64,000 nucleotides of DNA from Candidatus Bathyarchaeia archaeon (GTDB taxonomy: Archaea > Thermoproteota > Bathyarchaeia > Bathyarchaeales > Bathycorpusculaceae), in the NCBI GenBank assembly GCA_050010755.1, contig JBEKKK010000005.1, positions 2,276 through 66,275 on the forward strand, written 5' to 3'. Positions 35,008 to 43,558 of this stretch are shown here, in pieces. Every line of letters begins with the position of its first letter. The first letter of the stretch is position 1. Position numbers and translations under genes: made by a program. The notes beneath the pieces are model-generated. The model was not told the origin of the DNA. It was given only the letters and a program-made list of their open reading frames with translations, and did not search any database.

Positions 35008-35649
35008 TCAATCGACTAGAAGCTGTTTCTTCTCTTTGTCCGTCAACTCTCGGTAGCCTTTCTCATCTATCACGACGACATTGAAGCTGTCTCCGCTTGC
35101 CGCATCTCGCTTCATTGAAGCCTCAACGGCCTTCGCGACCACGGGCAACATTTCCTTAATGGTCGAACCTTCGCGGAACTTGTCCTCCAGTATACCATAA
35201 GCCACTGGGGATCCTGAACCCGTGGAAACATACTTTTCCTCCGTCATACTGCCAAAGGGGTCTATCGAGAACACGTGCGGTCCGGTGTCATCCACACCGC
35301 CCACGAGAACCTGAGCCAAGAGGGGCACGTATCTGGCTGAAAACAGCAGGTTAGACAAGAACCTCCCAGCAGAGTTCACGGGCATACGTCTCCCCAAGTT
35401 AACGCGGTAAAGGTGAGCGTTAGCAGTTAGTATATCAACTGCCTTTTGAGCGTCGGCTACGCTTCCAGCAATCGTCATGCCCAAATGATCGTCAATCTGA
35501 TACACTTTTTTTCCGCGTTTGTGAGCCACGTAGAAACCCATGGTTACGCGCGTGTCAGAGGCCAAGATTACGCCGTCTTTGCAGACGACGCCCAATGTTG
35601 TCGTCCCTTTCAACGCTAGCTTGTTCATCACATCACTGTTGCTTGCCAT
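35008..35649 (-). CDS. psmB: Proteasome subunit beta
   Basis: MASNSDVMNKLALKGTTTLGVVCKDGVILASDTR shows a propeptide followed by the catalytic Thr. I prefer the internal ATG at 35649 over the track start at 35697. Confidence 0.9.
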   Translation of the reverse strand: MASNSDVMNKLALKGTTTLGVVCKDGVILASDTRVTMGFYVAHKRGKKVYQIDDHLGMTIAGSVADAQKAVDILTANAHLYRVNLGRRMPVNSAGRFLSNLLFSARYVPLLAQVLVGGVDDTGPHVFSIDPFGSMTEEKYVSTGSGSPVAYGILEDKFREGSTIKEMLPVVAKAVEASMKRDAASGDSFNVVVIDEKGYRELTDKEKKQLLVD

Positions 35650-35722
35650 TTTAAATTCTGTCTCCCAAAATCTGAATGCAGACAAATTACTTCCCAAGGA
35701 AGTAGCATCCTCTAATCATGAT

Positions 35723-35971
35723 CTAGGTATTAATTAACATTGCGCTCGCAGGTTCTGTAAAGTCTTTGAAGGATTTCTTATGCTGTAAAAATTCGTCGGA
35801 TGGCTTTGGATAGAGTGCCTTAAATTCGCTTGTGCCATCAGGATGTACTATTTGTGTGCCAACGTATTCTATTGTATCTTCTTCGGTTATGCTCGTACAA
35901 TCGTCATTTATGTGTTGCTCGAAATCCTCAACTGTTTTGAAGGTTTTACTGCACAAATGACACGTTATCAT
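35723..35971 (-). CDS. Small C2H2-like zinc-finger protein
   Basis: 82-aa ORF whose N-terminus is ITCHLCSKTFKTVEDFEQHINDDC. There is a 4-nt overlap with the upstream ORF. Confidence 0.5.
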   Translation of the reverse strand: MITCHLCSKTFKTVEDFEQHINDDCTSITEEDTIEYVGTQIVHPDGTSEFKALYPKPSDEFLQHKKSFKDFTEPASAMLINT

Positions 35972-36342
35972 GTTTTCTTCTCTTCATTTGGTTTCGGATC
36001 CTGCTGTACTGCAACTGGACCGAAAAAGACACCTTTCAAATATGGTTTGCCTTGCATTTCTTTGACCATGCTGGCAATGTACATTGCTACAGAAAATGCT
36101 GTCCTGAATGGCATCTTCACTTCCATAACCATTTCTTCTTCAATGCTATTCATGACTATTCCTCTTTCATCGATTTTTCCTATGAAATGTGTTTGAAAGA
36201 ATGTGAAGGTGCAAAGTTGTGTATCCATATTAAGCGAGACTATAGCATGGTCAGATGCTAATGTTCCGAAGCTATTGCTTCTGGATATGATTTTAGTGGG
36301 AGTCACCTGATATGTCTTGTTTATCATTGAATCTTCAGGCAT
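35968..36342 (-). CDS. Hypothetical protein (124 aa), middle gene of the RHH operon
   Basis: I use the internal ATG at 36342 (MPEDSMINKTYQ...), which lies 2 nt after the stop of the RHH ORF. I recognise no motif. Confidence 0.5.
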   Translation of the reverse strand: MPEDSMINKTYQVTPTKIISRSNSFGTLASDHAIVSLNMDTQLCTFTFFQTHFIGKIDERGIVMNSIEEEMVMEVKMPFRTAFSVAMYIASMVKEMQGKPYLKGVFFGPVAVQQDPKPNEEKKT

Positions 36343-36344
36343 TT

Positions 36345-36512
36345 TTAACACTCTCCTTTTTCTAGTTTCAATTCTTTTTTCAGGGATCTGTCTACAAGTT
36401 CTGCCAAGGTTATGCCCTGCTTTATGGCTTCGATTTTTGCCAGTTTCCACAGTTCAGGGTTAACTCTCAGCGAGGTCACGATTTCTTTTTGTCCGATTTT
36501 CTTCGGTTGCAT
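36345..36512 (-). CDS. Ribbon-helix-helix (CopG/Arc/MetJ-like) small DNA-binding protein
   Basis: This 55-aa ORF is below the track cutoff. Codon-by-codon hand translation gives MQPKKIGQKEIVTSLRVNPELWKLAKIEAIKQGITLAELVDRSLKKELKLEKGEC. This fits a beta-strand (IVTSLRV) followed by two helices. Confidence 0.6.
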   Translation of the reverse strand: MQPKKIGQKEIVTSLRVNPELWKLAKIEAIKQGITLAELVDRSLKKELKLEKGEC

Positions 36513-36546
36513 CTTTAATCATCTAATAGTAACTGTAATTCTGTAG

Positions 36547-37796
36547 TATTTAAATTTTTACCACAAGGCTTTAATAGTTAGTAATACTATACTACATAGT
36601 AGTGGTGTAGTATATGGCGATGGATGAACGTGAACAACGAGGCATGAAAATAGCACACCAAAGAAATCAAGTCAAGAGAATAGATGCCGAAACCTACACT
36701 GTCAAATCACAATCGAACGATCATGAATACAAAGTGTTCAAGGTTTCAGACGAATGGTTCTGCCAATGCCCAGATCACGTTTATCGCCATGTGAAATGTA
36801 AGCACATTTTCGCCGTAGAGTTTTCAGCTTCACTAAGAGAGACAATAAGACGAATCGAGCCCGTAGAAAATTTGACAGAATGCATCTTTTGCGGTTCGTC
36901 CAACATCGTCAAGGACGGTGTGAGAAAAAACAAGCGCGGAGAGATTCAGATTTTCTACTGCAAGGATTGCAAGCATAATTTCACGTTTAACATAGGCTTT
37001 GAAAAAATGAAGCATAATCCTCAAGCTGTAACTTCTGCCATGCAGTTGTATTTTAGCGGAGAATCGTTGAGAAACACGATGAAATCTCTTAGACTTTTAG
37101 GCGTTGATGTTTCGCACCAGACAGTCTATAACTGGATCACCAAATACATCGCATTGATGAAAAGTTACGTTGAAAAGATGATTCCGAACGTGAGTGACAC
37201 ATGGAGAGCAGACGAATTATATATGAAAATTAAAGGAGACATAAAATACGTTTTCGCCTTGATGGATGATGAAACACGCTTCTGGATAGCTCAAGAGGTT
37301 GCAGAAACAAAGCAGAAGCATGACGCTAAGCAACTGTTTCAGATGGGTGAGCGGTTGATGGGAAAGAAACCCATGACACTCATAACTGATGGTCTCATGA
37401 CGTATCACGATGCTTATTTGAGTCAATGGCGAACGAACGCGAAACCACGAACCGAACACATCAGACACATCACTATCAAAGGAGACAAGAACAACAACAA
37501 AATGGAACGTCTTAATGGAGAAATTCGAGACCGAGAGAAAACAATGCGAGGGCTCAAAACCAAAGAAACACCAATACTAACAGGCTATCAGCTTTTTCAT
37601 AACTACATTAGGCCACATGAAGGGCTTGATGGGAAAACTCCTAGTGAAGCTTGCGGAATAGAGGTAGAAGGAAAGAATAAATGGATGACTTTGATACAAA
37701 ATGCCAGTAAGAGAGAATGCCAGAGGGTCATAAGGCCATGAACATGAAGCCAGTATCTGTATTGGTGTACGAACATTGTTCCATAAATCTTAAATA
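36547..37796 (+). mobile_element. Insertion-sequence-like element carrying the transposase; boundaries uncertain
   Basis: The only candidate termini are imperfect and AT-rich: tatttaaatttt at 36547-36558 against aaatcttaaata at 37785-37796, a 10/12 match as an inverted repeat. That could be chance. I recognised no target-site duplication. Confidence 0.3.
36614..37741 (+). CDS. DDE transposase with an N-terminal SWIM-type zinc finger (IS6-like or related archaeal IS family)
   Basis: The SWIM motif is CQCPDHVYRHVKCKHIF and a second zinc ribbon is CIFCGS...CKDCKH. The DDE core contexts are WRADELYMKIKG, MTLITDGLMTYHDA and NNKMERLNGEIRDREKTMRGLK...FHNYIRPHEGLDGKTP. Confidence 0.8.
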   Translation: MAMDEREQRGMKIAHQRNQVKRIDAETYTVKSQSNDHEYKVFKVSDEWFCQCPDHVYRHVKCKHIFAVEFSASLRETIRRIEPVENLTECIFCGSSNIVKDGVRKNKRGEIQIFYCKDCKHNFTFNIGFEKMKHNPQAVTSAMQLYFSGESLRNTMKSLRLLGVDVSHQTVYNWITKYIALMKSYVEKMIPNVSDTWRADELYMKIKGDIKYVFALMDDETRFWIAQEVAETKQKHDAKQLFQMGERLMGKKPMTLITDGLMTYHDAYLSQWRTNAKPRTEHIRHITIKGDKNNNKMERLNGEIRDREKTMRGLKTKETPILTGYQLFHNYIRPHEGLDGKTPSEACGIEVEGKNKWMTLIQNASKRECQRVIRP

Positions 37797-37883
37797 TGCA
37801 ACTGCTATTGTCTATAGGTTGTATTTATCCGCTGGCGTTCACTTGGAACGTCAGATCAAAAGTCTTTTTCTGAATCTTCTGAC

Positions 37884-38471
37884 ATGGATGTGATGTTAAT
37901 GGCTCAATTAGGACGAGGAGTTGTGTTATTAGATAACGGCTATCTGTCAGCTATTCTGAGAGATGAATTTTCCGAGGTCAGATTAGATTATCTCAAGTTT
38001 TCTGAAACGATCTGTGCAGGTTACCATCGACTTCGAACGTATGTGTATGATTGCCTTCCTTATCAGGCAAGTCCACCAACAGACGAACAGAAGATACTTT
38101 ATTCTGGAAAGCAAAAATTCTTTCAAGCTCTGCAAAAACTACCTGCTTTTGAACCTAGATTTGGAAAACAACGACCACGTGGTGCTGGTTATATTCAAAA
38201 GGGTGTGGACGTGCTTTTAGCAGTTGATTTAGTTCGACTAAGCTCCAAGGGGCAAATTCAGAAAGCCTTTCTCGTTGCTGGCGATGGTGATTATGTGCCT
38301 GCCGTTAAGGCAGCTAAGGATGAGGGTGTTTCAGTGACTATGTATCATTCAGGGGCTTTTCAACCAGATGAAAACGGACGGCTACACCCAAAATATAGCA
38401 ATGAGCTTTGGGAAGCGTGTGATGATCGCAGAGTGATTGACGAAAAACTGATAAAACTCTGCAAGCTCTGA
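37884..38471 (+). CDS. NYN-domain (LabA-like, PIN-fold) putative ribonuclease
   Basis: Three matching segments: VVLLDNGYLSAIL, GVDVLLAVDLVRLSSKGQIQKAFLVAGDGDYVPAVKAAKDEGVSV. Confidence 0.7.
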   Translation: MDVMLMAQLGRGVVLLDNGYLSAILRDEFSEVRLDYLKFSETICAGYHRLRTYVYDCLPYQASPPTDEQKILYSGKQKFFQALQKLPAFEPRFGKQRPRGAGYIQKGVDVLLAVDLVRLSSKGQIQKAFLVAGDGDYVPAVKAAKDEGVSVTMYHSGAFQPDENGRLHPKYSNELWEACDDRRVIDEKLIKLCKL

Positions 38472-38484
38472 GGCGAGAATGATT

Positions 38485-38682
38485 TTAGGAGTACCAGCGT
38501 TTTCTGTTCCATCCCTCTTTCCTCACAACGAACTTTATGTTTGTTCCCTTGAAATTCTTGTTCATGCTGTTGGCTTCTTTTTGTGCTACTCTTTTCAAGC
38601 GATGGTGTGTTCCAGCAACGACTTTAACAGGATGATTACCTTGCTTTCTCACAACGACATATTTGCTGGTTCGATGACCCAA
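38485..38682 (-). CDS. Small basic hypothetical protein (65 aa)
   Basis: ORF with a TTG start. A truncated paralog lies at 40000-40101, and both share a conserved upstream leader. Confidence 0.4.
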   Translation of the reverse strand: MGHRTSKYVVVRKQGNHPVKVVAGTHHRLKRVAQKEANSMNKNFKGTNIKFVVRKEGWNRKRWYS

Positions 38683-38924
38683 GAAAGCTCACAAGAGAAA
38701 AAATGAGTTACCAAACGAAAGTTTAACAAGGAGACAAACCAAACGGAGAGTTTACAGACCGAATCAAAGCACATAATAGGTAACGTAACATGCTACAAGA
38801 CCACTTCGAACGGTTGATAGGGTGAATGATGGTGTTTTTCAGCAACTCGAAATTTCACCAAGCCATAATCATGTTATAAATGCTTATGTCACAGGAACTC
38901 TTCTACTGCTTGCGGTGAGGAAAG

Positions 38925-39068
38925 ATGCGACCAGAGCCAGTGCCAACTTTAAAAGGAAAAAGTGCAAAGGAATTTGTGAAATTACTAGACAAACCACTTA
39001 GTGCTAAGACTATCGCAATTTTTAAGGAAGCTGAACGAGTTTTCAATGAAGTAAGGAGAATCGAATAA
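38925..39068 (+). CDS. Small ORF (47 aa) immediately upstream of the GNAT gene; candidate partner/antitoxin
   Basis: This ORF is below the track cutoff. The ATG is preceded by ggtgaggaaag. The translation is MRPEPVPTLKGKSAKEFVKLLDKPLSAKTIAIFKEAERVFNEVRRIE. The stop lies 23 nt before the GNAT ATG. Confidence 0.4.
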   Translation: MRPEPVPTLKGKSAKEFVKLLDKPLSAKTIAIFKEAERVFNEVRRIE

Positions 39069-39091
39069 AAACTCCTAGCGACTTGTTTTCG

Positions 39092-39610
39092 ATGCCACTA
39101 ACAAATGACATTAGATCTGATGAGTTAGTGGTAAAAATTCTTGAAGAAACGGATGATCTAACTTCCTTTGATTGCAGCACTAACGACACTATGGAACTGA
39201 ACTTATTCATACATTCAGAAGCAATACCGTACCAAAAAGAGAAGCTAGGCATTACATATTTGTTTTTGTACAATGATCTGATTGTTGGGTTTGTCACTCT
39301 TGCCATGAGTAAGATAGAGGCAAAATGGATGCCGTCTGTTTTTCGTGCCAAAACTGAAATCAAAGACTACCCTGCTCTACTAGTTGGACAACTCGCAACT
39401 CGTAATGATTATCGAAAACGCAAGATTGGCAAAACAATGTGCCTTTGGTGTCTTGAAAATGCAAAACAATTATCTGAAAAAATAGGGTGCAGACTTGTGA
39501 TTGTCTTTACAAAAGGTAAGCTAAACGAATTTTACGAGAAATGTGGTTTCCAAATCATTCCAAAATATCAAACCAAAGAAAAAAAATGGATGTTCATACA
39601 AGTTCCATGA
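39092..39610 (+). CDS. GNAT acetyltransferase with TacT/AtaT-like toxin architecture
   Basis: The layout parallels GNAT toxins: LTSFDCS...LNLFIHSEA...IVGFVTLAMSKI...YPALLVGQLATRNDYRKRKIGKTM...FYEKCGFQ. I prefer the ATG at 39092 over the TTG at 39083. Confidence 0.65.
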   Translation: MPLTNDIRSDELVVKILEETDDLTSFDCSTNDTMELNLFIHSEAIPYQKEKLGITYLFLYNDLIVGFVTLAMSKIEAKWMPSVFRAKTEIKDYPALLVGQLATRNDYRKRKIGKTMCLWCLENAKQLSEKIGCRLVIVFTKGKLNEFYEKCGFQIIPKYQTKEKKWMFIQVP

Positions 39611-39999
39611 AGAGAAGTTGCAATGTTTATCCGACGATTTTTTACACGAAGAAATATCCGACGGAGACTTGACAGAACCCGCTCGCAGGTTCTGGTAACT
39701 TAGCGTCTGATAGTTTTTTCTGTTAACCGTCGTCAGATCGCATTTCCTTCTAATGCCTTAGTCAAGTCTGATTTTTTGGGATTCCACAGACGGCAAGAAG
39801 CAAAGTCGTTTTTGATACCAAACTAAGCATTTCGTTTCCATAAAGATTAAATCGTTTCGCATCATAAGATAAGATTAAGGATGCGTCATGCCCAATTTTG
39901 TCCTTTCCCCAATAATTTGCACTCGCTATTCCTTGCGAGTTTTTGGGCATGACGCACTCCTCTCTCCACAAAACCACGATTTTTCTTCTGTGAGTCTAT

Positions 40000-40101
40000 T
40001 TGAGTTATCGTAAGCGTGGCAGTTCATCCAACTATGTTGTTGTCAGAAAGCAAGGCAACCATCCGCGGCAGAAATTGCATAGCTTAGGTCTTTTTCTGTG
40101 A
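40000..40101 (+). pseudogene. Truncated paralog of the 65-aa small basic protein
   Basis: The translation (TTG)SYRKRGSSSNYVVVRKQGNHPRQKLHSLGLFL-stop shares YVVVRKQGNHP, and the coding DNA for it, with 38485-38682. Confidence 0.4.
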
Positions 40102-40174
40102 TATTGTAGGTTTCGGAATACCGCTTAAGCGGCATGACTGATTTAGATATTCAGATAAACTGGGAGGCAACAAG

Positions 40175-40291
40175 ATGAAAACAATATGTCACGAGCCATT
40201 TGGAATAATCGGTGTCAGTGCGGCATTTATGTATGTCATGTATTGGTTTGTAACTTACGCGATACCGACGATAATCAAGATTCAAGGTTAA
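40175..40291 (+). CDS. Possible 38-aa single-TM peptide
   Basis: The ATG is preceded by tgggaggcaacaag. The translation is MKTICHEPFGIIGVSAAFMYVMYWFVTYAIPTIIKIQG. Confidence 0.3.
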   Translation: MKTICHEPFGIIGVSAAFMYVMYWFVTYAIPTIIKIQG

Positions 40292-40523
40292 ACGACGATT
40301 TTTCTTCTTTGAGTTCTTCCGAGTCATGACAGGCGAACTTCTAATCTTTGACCTGTCGTAAGAAGGAAAGGAAACGTCCTACAAGGGCTGTTTCTAAGGG
40401 ATAATGTAAAGGTGCTATACTGTCTTCTGTGAGAAGGCTTTTTAAGGTTTGAATGCAAATCGCTATGAAAACAGTTGTTATGTCGATTTAGCCGTGATTG
40501 TTGTGCCCCTTAAACATCATCGA

Positions 40524-41561
40524 ATGCAGTTTCCGAGAGAGATCATTGTTGGACATGGAGCGATAGAGGGCATAGGCGAAATTTCGCGGCGTCTGGGTTT
40601 TGCGGAATCAGCGCTTATCATTGCGGGTTCGAAAACTTTCAAAGTGGCGGGCAAGAGGGTGAAGGAGCTTCTCGAGAAGAAAGAAGGAATGACCGTTGAC
40701 ACTTTCCTCGTTGAATGTGCAAGTTCTAAAGACGTAAAGGCTGTTGAACAGAGAATCAAGGCTTTCAAGCCGCAGATCGTGTTTGCGGTGGGTGGTGGGA
40801 CCAAGATTGACGTTGCCAAGTGCAGCTCTGCCAACCAAGGCGTACCTTTCATCAGCGTCCCAACGACGGCGTCTCATGACGGAATCGCGAGTCCGCTGTC
40901 TTCTATCAAGGGTTTCGAGAAACCCTATTCGGTTCTGGCTCAGGCACCATTAGCCATCGTGGCAGACACAAAAATAATAATGCAGTCTCCCTGGCGTTTC
41001 TCCGTGAGCGGTTGTGAAGACGTCATCGCAAAGTTCACGGCGGTGAAAGACTGGAAGCTGGCGCATGAGGACAAAAGCGAGTATTTCGGGGGATATGCAG
41101 CAAGCTTGGCTTTGATGAGTGCGAAGCACGTCATGAATAACGTGAGTCTGATGAAGAGTGGAAACGAGCAGGGCTTGCGGATCCTGTTGGAAGCGTTGAT
41201 AAGCTGTGGAGTATCGATGAGCATAGCTGGAAGCAGCCGTCCTTGCAGCGGTTCGGAACACTTGTTCAGCCATGCACTCGACGTGATTAGGCCTAACCAC
41301 GGGATGCACGGTGAAAGATGCGGTGTAGGAACAATAATGATGACTTACCTTCACGGCGGAAATTGGAAGCATTTACGAGACGCTTTGAAGAAGCTAGGCG
41401 CTCCCACCAACGCCCGACAGCTCGGCGTGGAAAAGGAAGACATCATCAAAGCCTTGAAAATGGCTACATCCATAAGACCAGAGAGATACACGATTCTGAA
41501 CAAGCTGAACCTGCAGCGCGAGTCCTACGAACACCTGGCTGAAGCAACCGAGGTTATTTAA
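40524..41561 (+). CDS. egsA: Glycerol-1-phosphate dehydrogenase [NAD(P)+]
   Basis: I use the internal ATG at 40524 (MQFPREIIVGHGAIEGIG...). The motifs are FAVGGGTKIDVAKC, PFISVPTTASHDGIASP and GSEHLFSHALD. Confidence 0.85.
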   Translation: MQFPREIIVGHGAIEGIGEISRRLGFAESALIIAGSKTFKVAGKRVKELLEKKEGMTVDTFLVECASSKDVKAVEQRIKAFKPQIVFAVGGGTKIDVAKCSSANQGVPFISVPTTASHDGIASPLSSIKGFEKPYSVLAQAPLAIVADTKIIMQSPWRFSVSGCEDVIAKFTAVKDWKLAHEDKSEYFGGYAASLALMSAKHVMNNVSLMKSGNEQGLRILLEALISCGVSMSIAGSSRPCSGSEHLFSHALDVIRPNHGMHGERCGVGTIMMTYLHGGNWKHLRDALKKLGAPTNARQLGVEKEDIIKALKMATSIRPERYTILNKLNLQRESYEHLAEATEVI

Positions 41562-41602
41562 CAAAAAATTGTGGCGTTACTTTCTCGAGCGCATACGATT
41601 CT

Positions 41603-42433
41603 TTAGGTCTTAACTTCGGTTTCGGCAGTCTGCCCCTTAGTTTCCTCCGGAGCCTCTTTGGCGGTTTCTTTTTCAGCCTCTTCTTCAGGCTTAGCCTCTG
41701 TTTTCTTCGCCTCAGCCTCTGTTTCAGGCTTCGTCTCGGTTTTTTTGGGTTCTGCCTTGAAGGTTTCAGCGAATTTGACCGTGGTTATTCCTTCGAGGAA
41801 TCTTTGGATGTCCGCGGCTATGCCTCTTTTTGCAATTTGTATACCTTCTAGGTAGAAGGCTTCTTCTGGCATCTCGATGCTCACTATTTTTGGCTTCAAG
41901 ATGAACTGGAACTTGCCTTGCTCGACGGCGGATATTCGACGGTGAACTAACGCGGCTATTTTCTCATTCTTTGTTTCGAGTTTCTTCTTGACGGTCGTGT
42001 CGTAGACGAGTGTTTTCCCAGCGAGCGCAGGGTTGAAGTCGAGGAGAACCCTTCCAGCGCCTACGGCTCGGACCGTTGCTGTTTTGCCGCCGAATTCGAC
42101 ACGCTTTCCCAATGTTGGCGTGATGTCCTTGGCCAGCAGCTGTCTAAGCGGGACCCGTTTGACCTTCTCCGGGTCTCGGGGACCGAAGGCCTTGTCGGGC
42201 GGAATTTCCACCACTGCAGCCTTGTCTACCTCCATCGTTGTGAGACTTTCATCCAGAGCCTTGATGACCCATCCTTCTCCGATGACCACCAGCTTGGGCT
42301 CGTAGATGTCACCTTCCTTGAACAAGTGTTCCTTCTTGGCTGTTTCTTCAAACGTCGTGTCGAAGACTTCACCAGTCTCCTTGACCTTCGCGACGTAGTC
42401 CACAAGTATAAAACTGCCCTTCTCCAAACTCAT
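41603..42433 (-). CDS. Long-type FKBP peptidyl-prolyl cis-trans isomerase with a K/E/T/A-rich tail
   Basis: The FKBP pattern with an insert-in-flap region is GSFILVDYVAKVKETGEVFDTT...LVVIGEGWVIKALDESL...AFGPRDPEKV. Confidence 0.85.
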   Translation of the reverse strand: MSLEKGSFILVDYVAKVKETGEVFDTTFEETAKKEHLFKEGDIYEPKLVVIGEGWVIKALDESLTTMEVDKAAVVEIPPDKAFGPRDPEKVKRVPLRQLLAKDITPTLGKRVEFGGKTATVRAVGAGRVLLDFNPALAGKTLVYDTTVKKKLETKNEKIAALVHRRISAVEQGKFQFILKPKIVSIEMPEEAFYLEGIQIAKRGIAADIQRFLEGITTVKFAETFKAEPKKTETKPETEAEAKKTEAKPEEEAEKETAKEAPEETKGQTAETEVKT

Positions 42434-42775
42434 GAAACATCATCTTCAAAAGCATTTGACAAAACGGGTTGCACTAGCCCATTAAAGCTAGCACGAGTAT
42501 TGAATTTGATATGCGACATCGTGACCTGTTCCTTTTCTTCTTTCCTTAATTCGGTGGAAGAGGTTATGTTGTAAGTAGACAATCAATAAAAGCTTTATCA
42601 TGAATACTTGGAATCCGTGGGGCATGCCCGTTTAGTGTCTCGCTGAAGCGGAAAAGAATAGTCGGGATCCGTTTCGTCTTCGGGGCAGCCTTTCTGGAAA
42701 CAGTGATGAAGAATTAGGGGCAACCATTCCGTCGTTCTTCGACGTGGTCAACGTTCTTCCTGAGCTGGCGGGTTG

Positions 42776-43402
42776 TTACCTGTAAGCTTTGGCAACTACT
42801 GTGTCGCTTCTCAGCTTTATTGTCTCGCCACAGTATGGGCATAGTTTGAATTCCAGTGACACCGGTTTTCCACAAGTTGCGCACAGTAGCGGGAGTTTTC
42901 CTTTTTCGTCGATTCTTCTTACTTCTTTCTTCAGTTTGAGCATCTCGGCCTCAATGTTTGCAACGGTCATCGATAGGGGGTGAATGCCTTTCACTTCTGT
43001 CCTCACGTTGTGAACCACGTCCACAACTTGTGTCAGAGTCTTTTGGCTAGCTTCCAATGTTTCGTACATCGCGTCAAGTATCTCACTCTTCTCTGCCACG
43101 GTCTGCGCTTCAGCCACAGACTGACTTTTCGCGTCCGATAACACTCTCTTCAGGAACAGTTCAAGTGGATTGTCGAAGGCTGCTGTGCAGGTTAGCCCCC
43201 AGAACACAAGGGTCGCAACTGCGCTAGCCAAAAGGTATATTGTTGGAGGCGCCGACTGGAGTTGTTGTCCAACGTATGGGTACAGCTTTAGTAAGTGCGA
43301 TTGGCTATTGAAGAATACTGTGGAAACTGCATCCGTCAGGTGGAGTAACGAAATAAACGTCATCGAACTGAAAACCCATACGCACAACCCTTTCTTGGAC
43401 AT
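42776..43402 (-). CDS. Membrane protein with a coiled-coil and C-terminal zinc ribbon
   Basis: 208-aa ORF with two or three N-terminal TM segments. The C-terminal zinc ribbon is CATCGKPVSLEFKLCPYCGETI. Confidence 0.6.
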   Translation of the reverse strand: MSKKGLCVWVFSSMTFISLLHLTDAVSTVFFNSQSHLLKLYPYVGQQLQSAPPTIYLLASAVATLVFWGLTCTAAFDNPLELFLKRVLSDAKSQSVAEAQTVAEKSEILDAMYETLEASQKTLTQVVDVVHNVRTEVKGIHPLSMTVANIEAEMLKLKKEVRRIDEKGKLPLLCATCGKPVSLEFKLCPYCGETIKLRSDTVVAKAYR

Positions 43403-43558
43403 ACAGATTCCCCGTCAGGCAAGCGGCGTTAGAAGTATTATATGATATCGTGACATTTAATACGCTATTCCGATTTTCGATATATGTCATAAACGAGAAT
43501 CAGCGCTTGTGCTGAGGCTCGATTGGCTGTTTTCCCGTGTTTGGTTGTCAATGGTTAT

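Noticed and set aside
36513-36613. A direct partial similarity between gtagtggtgtagta (upstream of the transposase) and gtattggtgtacga (downstream, about 37758-37771), considered as possible IS ends.
   Set aside because: The orientation is direct rather than inverted, and the match is only 11/14 in AT-rich DNA. It is not usable to define IS termini.
39762-39977. A 71-aa minus-strand ORF in the accessory island.
   Set aside because: It has no recognisable motif, no ribosome-binding or promoter context that I could see, and it overlaps one copy of the repeated leader motif. The support is insufficient to call it a gene.
42690-42752. A possible C/D-box sRNA (gtgatga ... ctga about 60 nt apart).
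   Set aside because: There are no internal D'/C' boxes and no terminal stem. The box-like strings are short and expected by chance.
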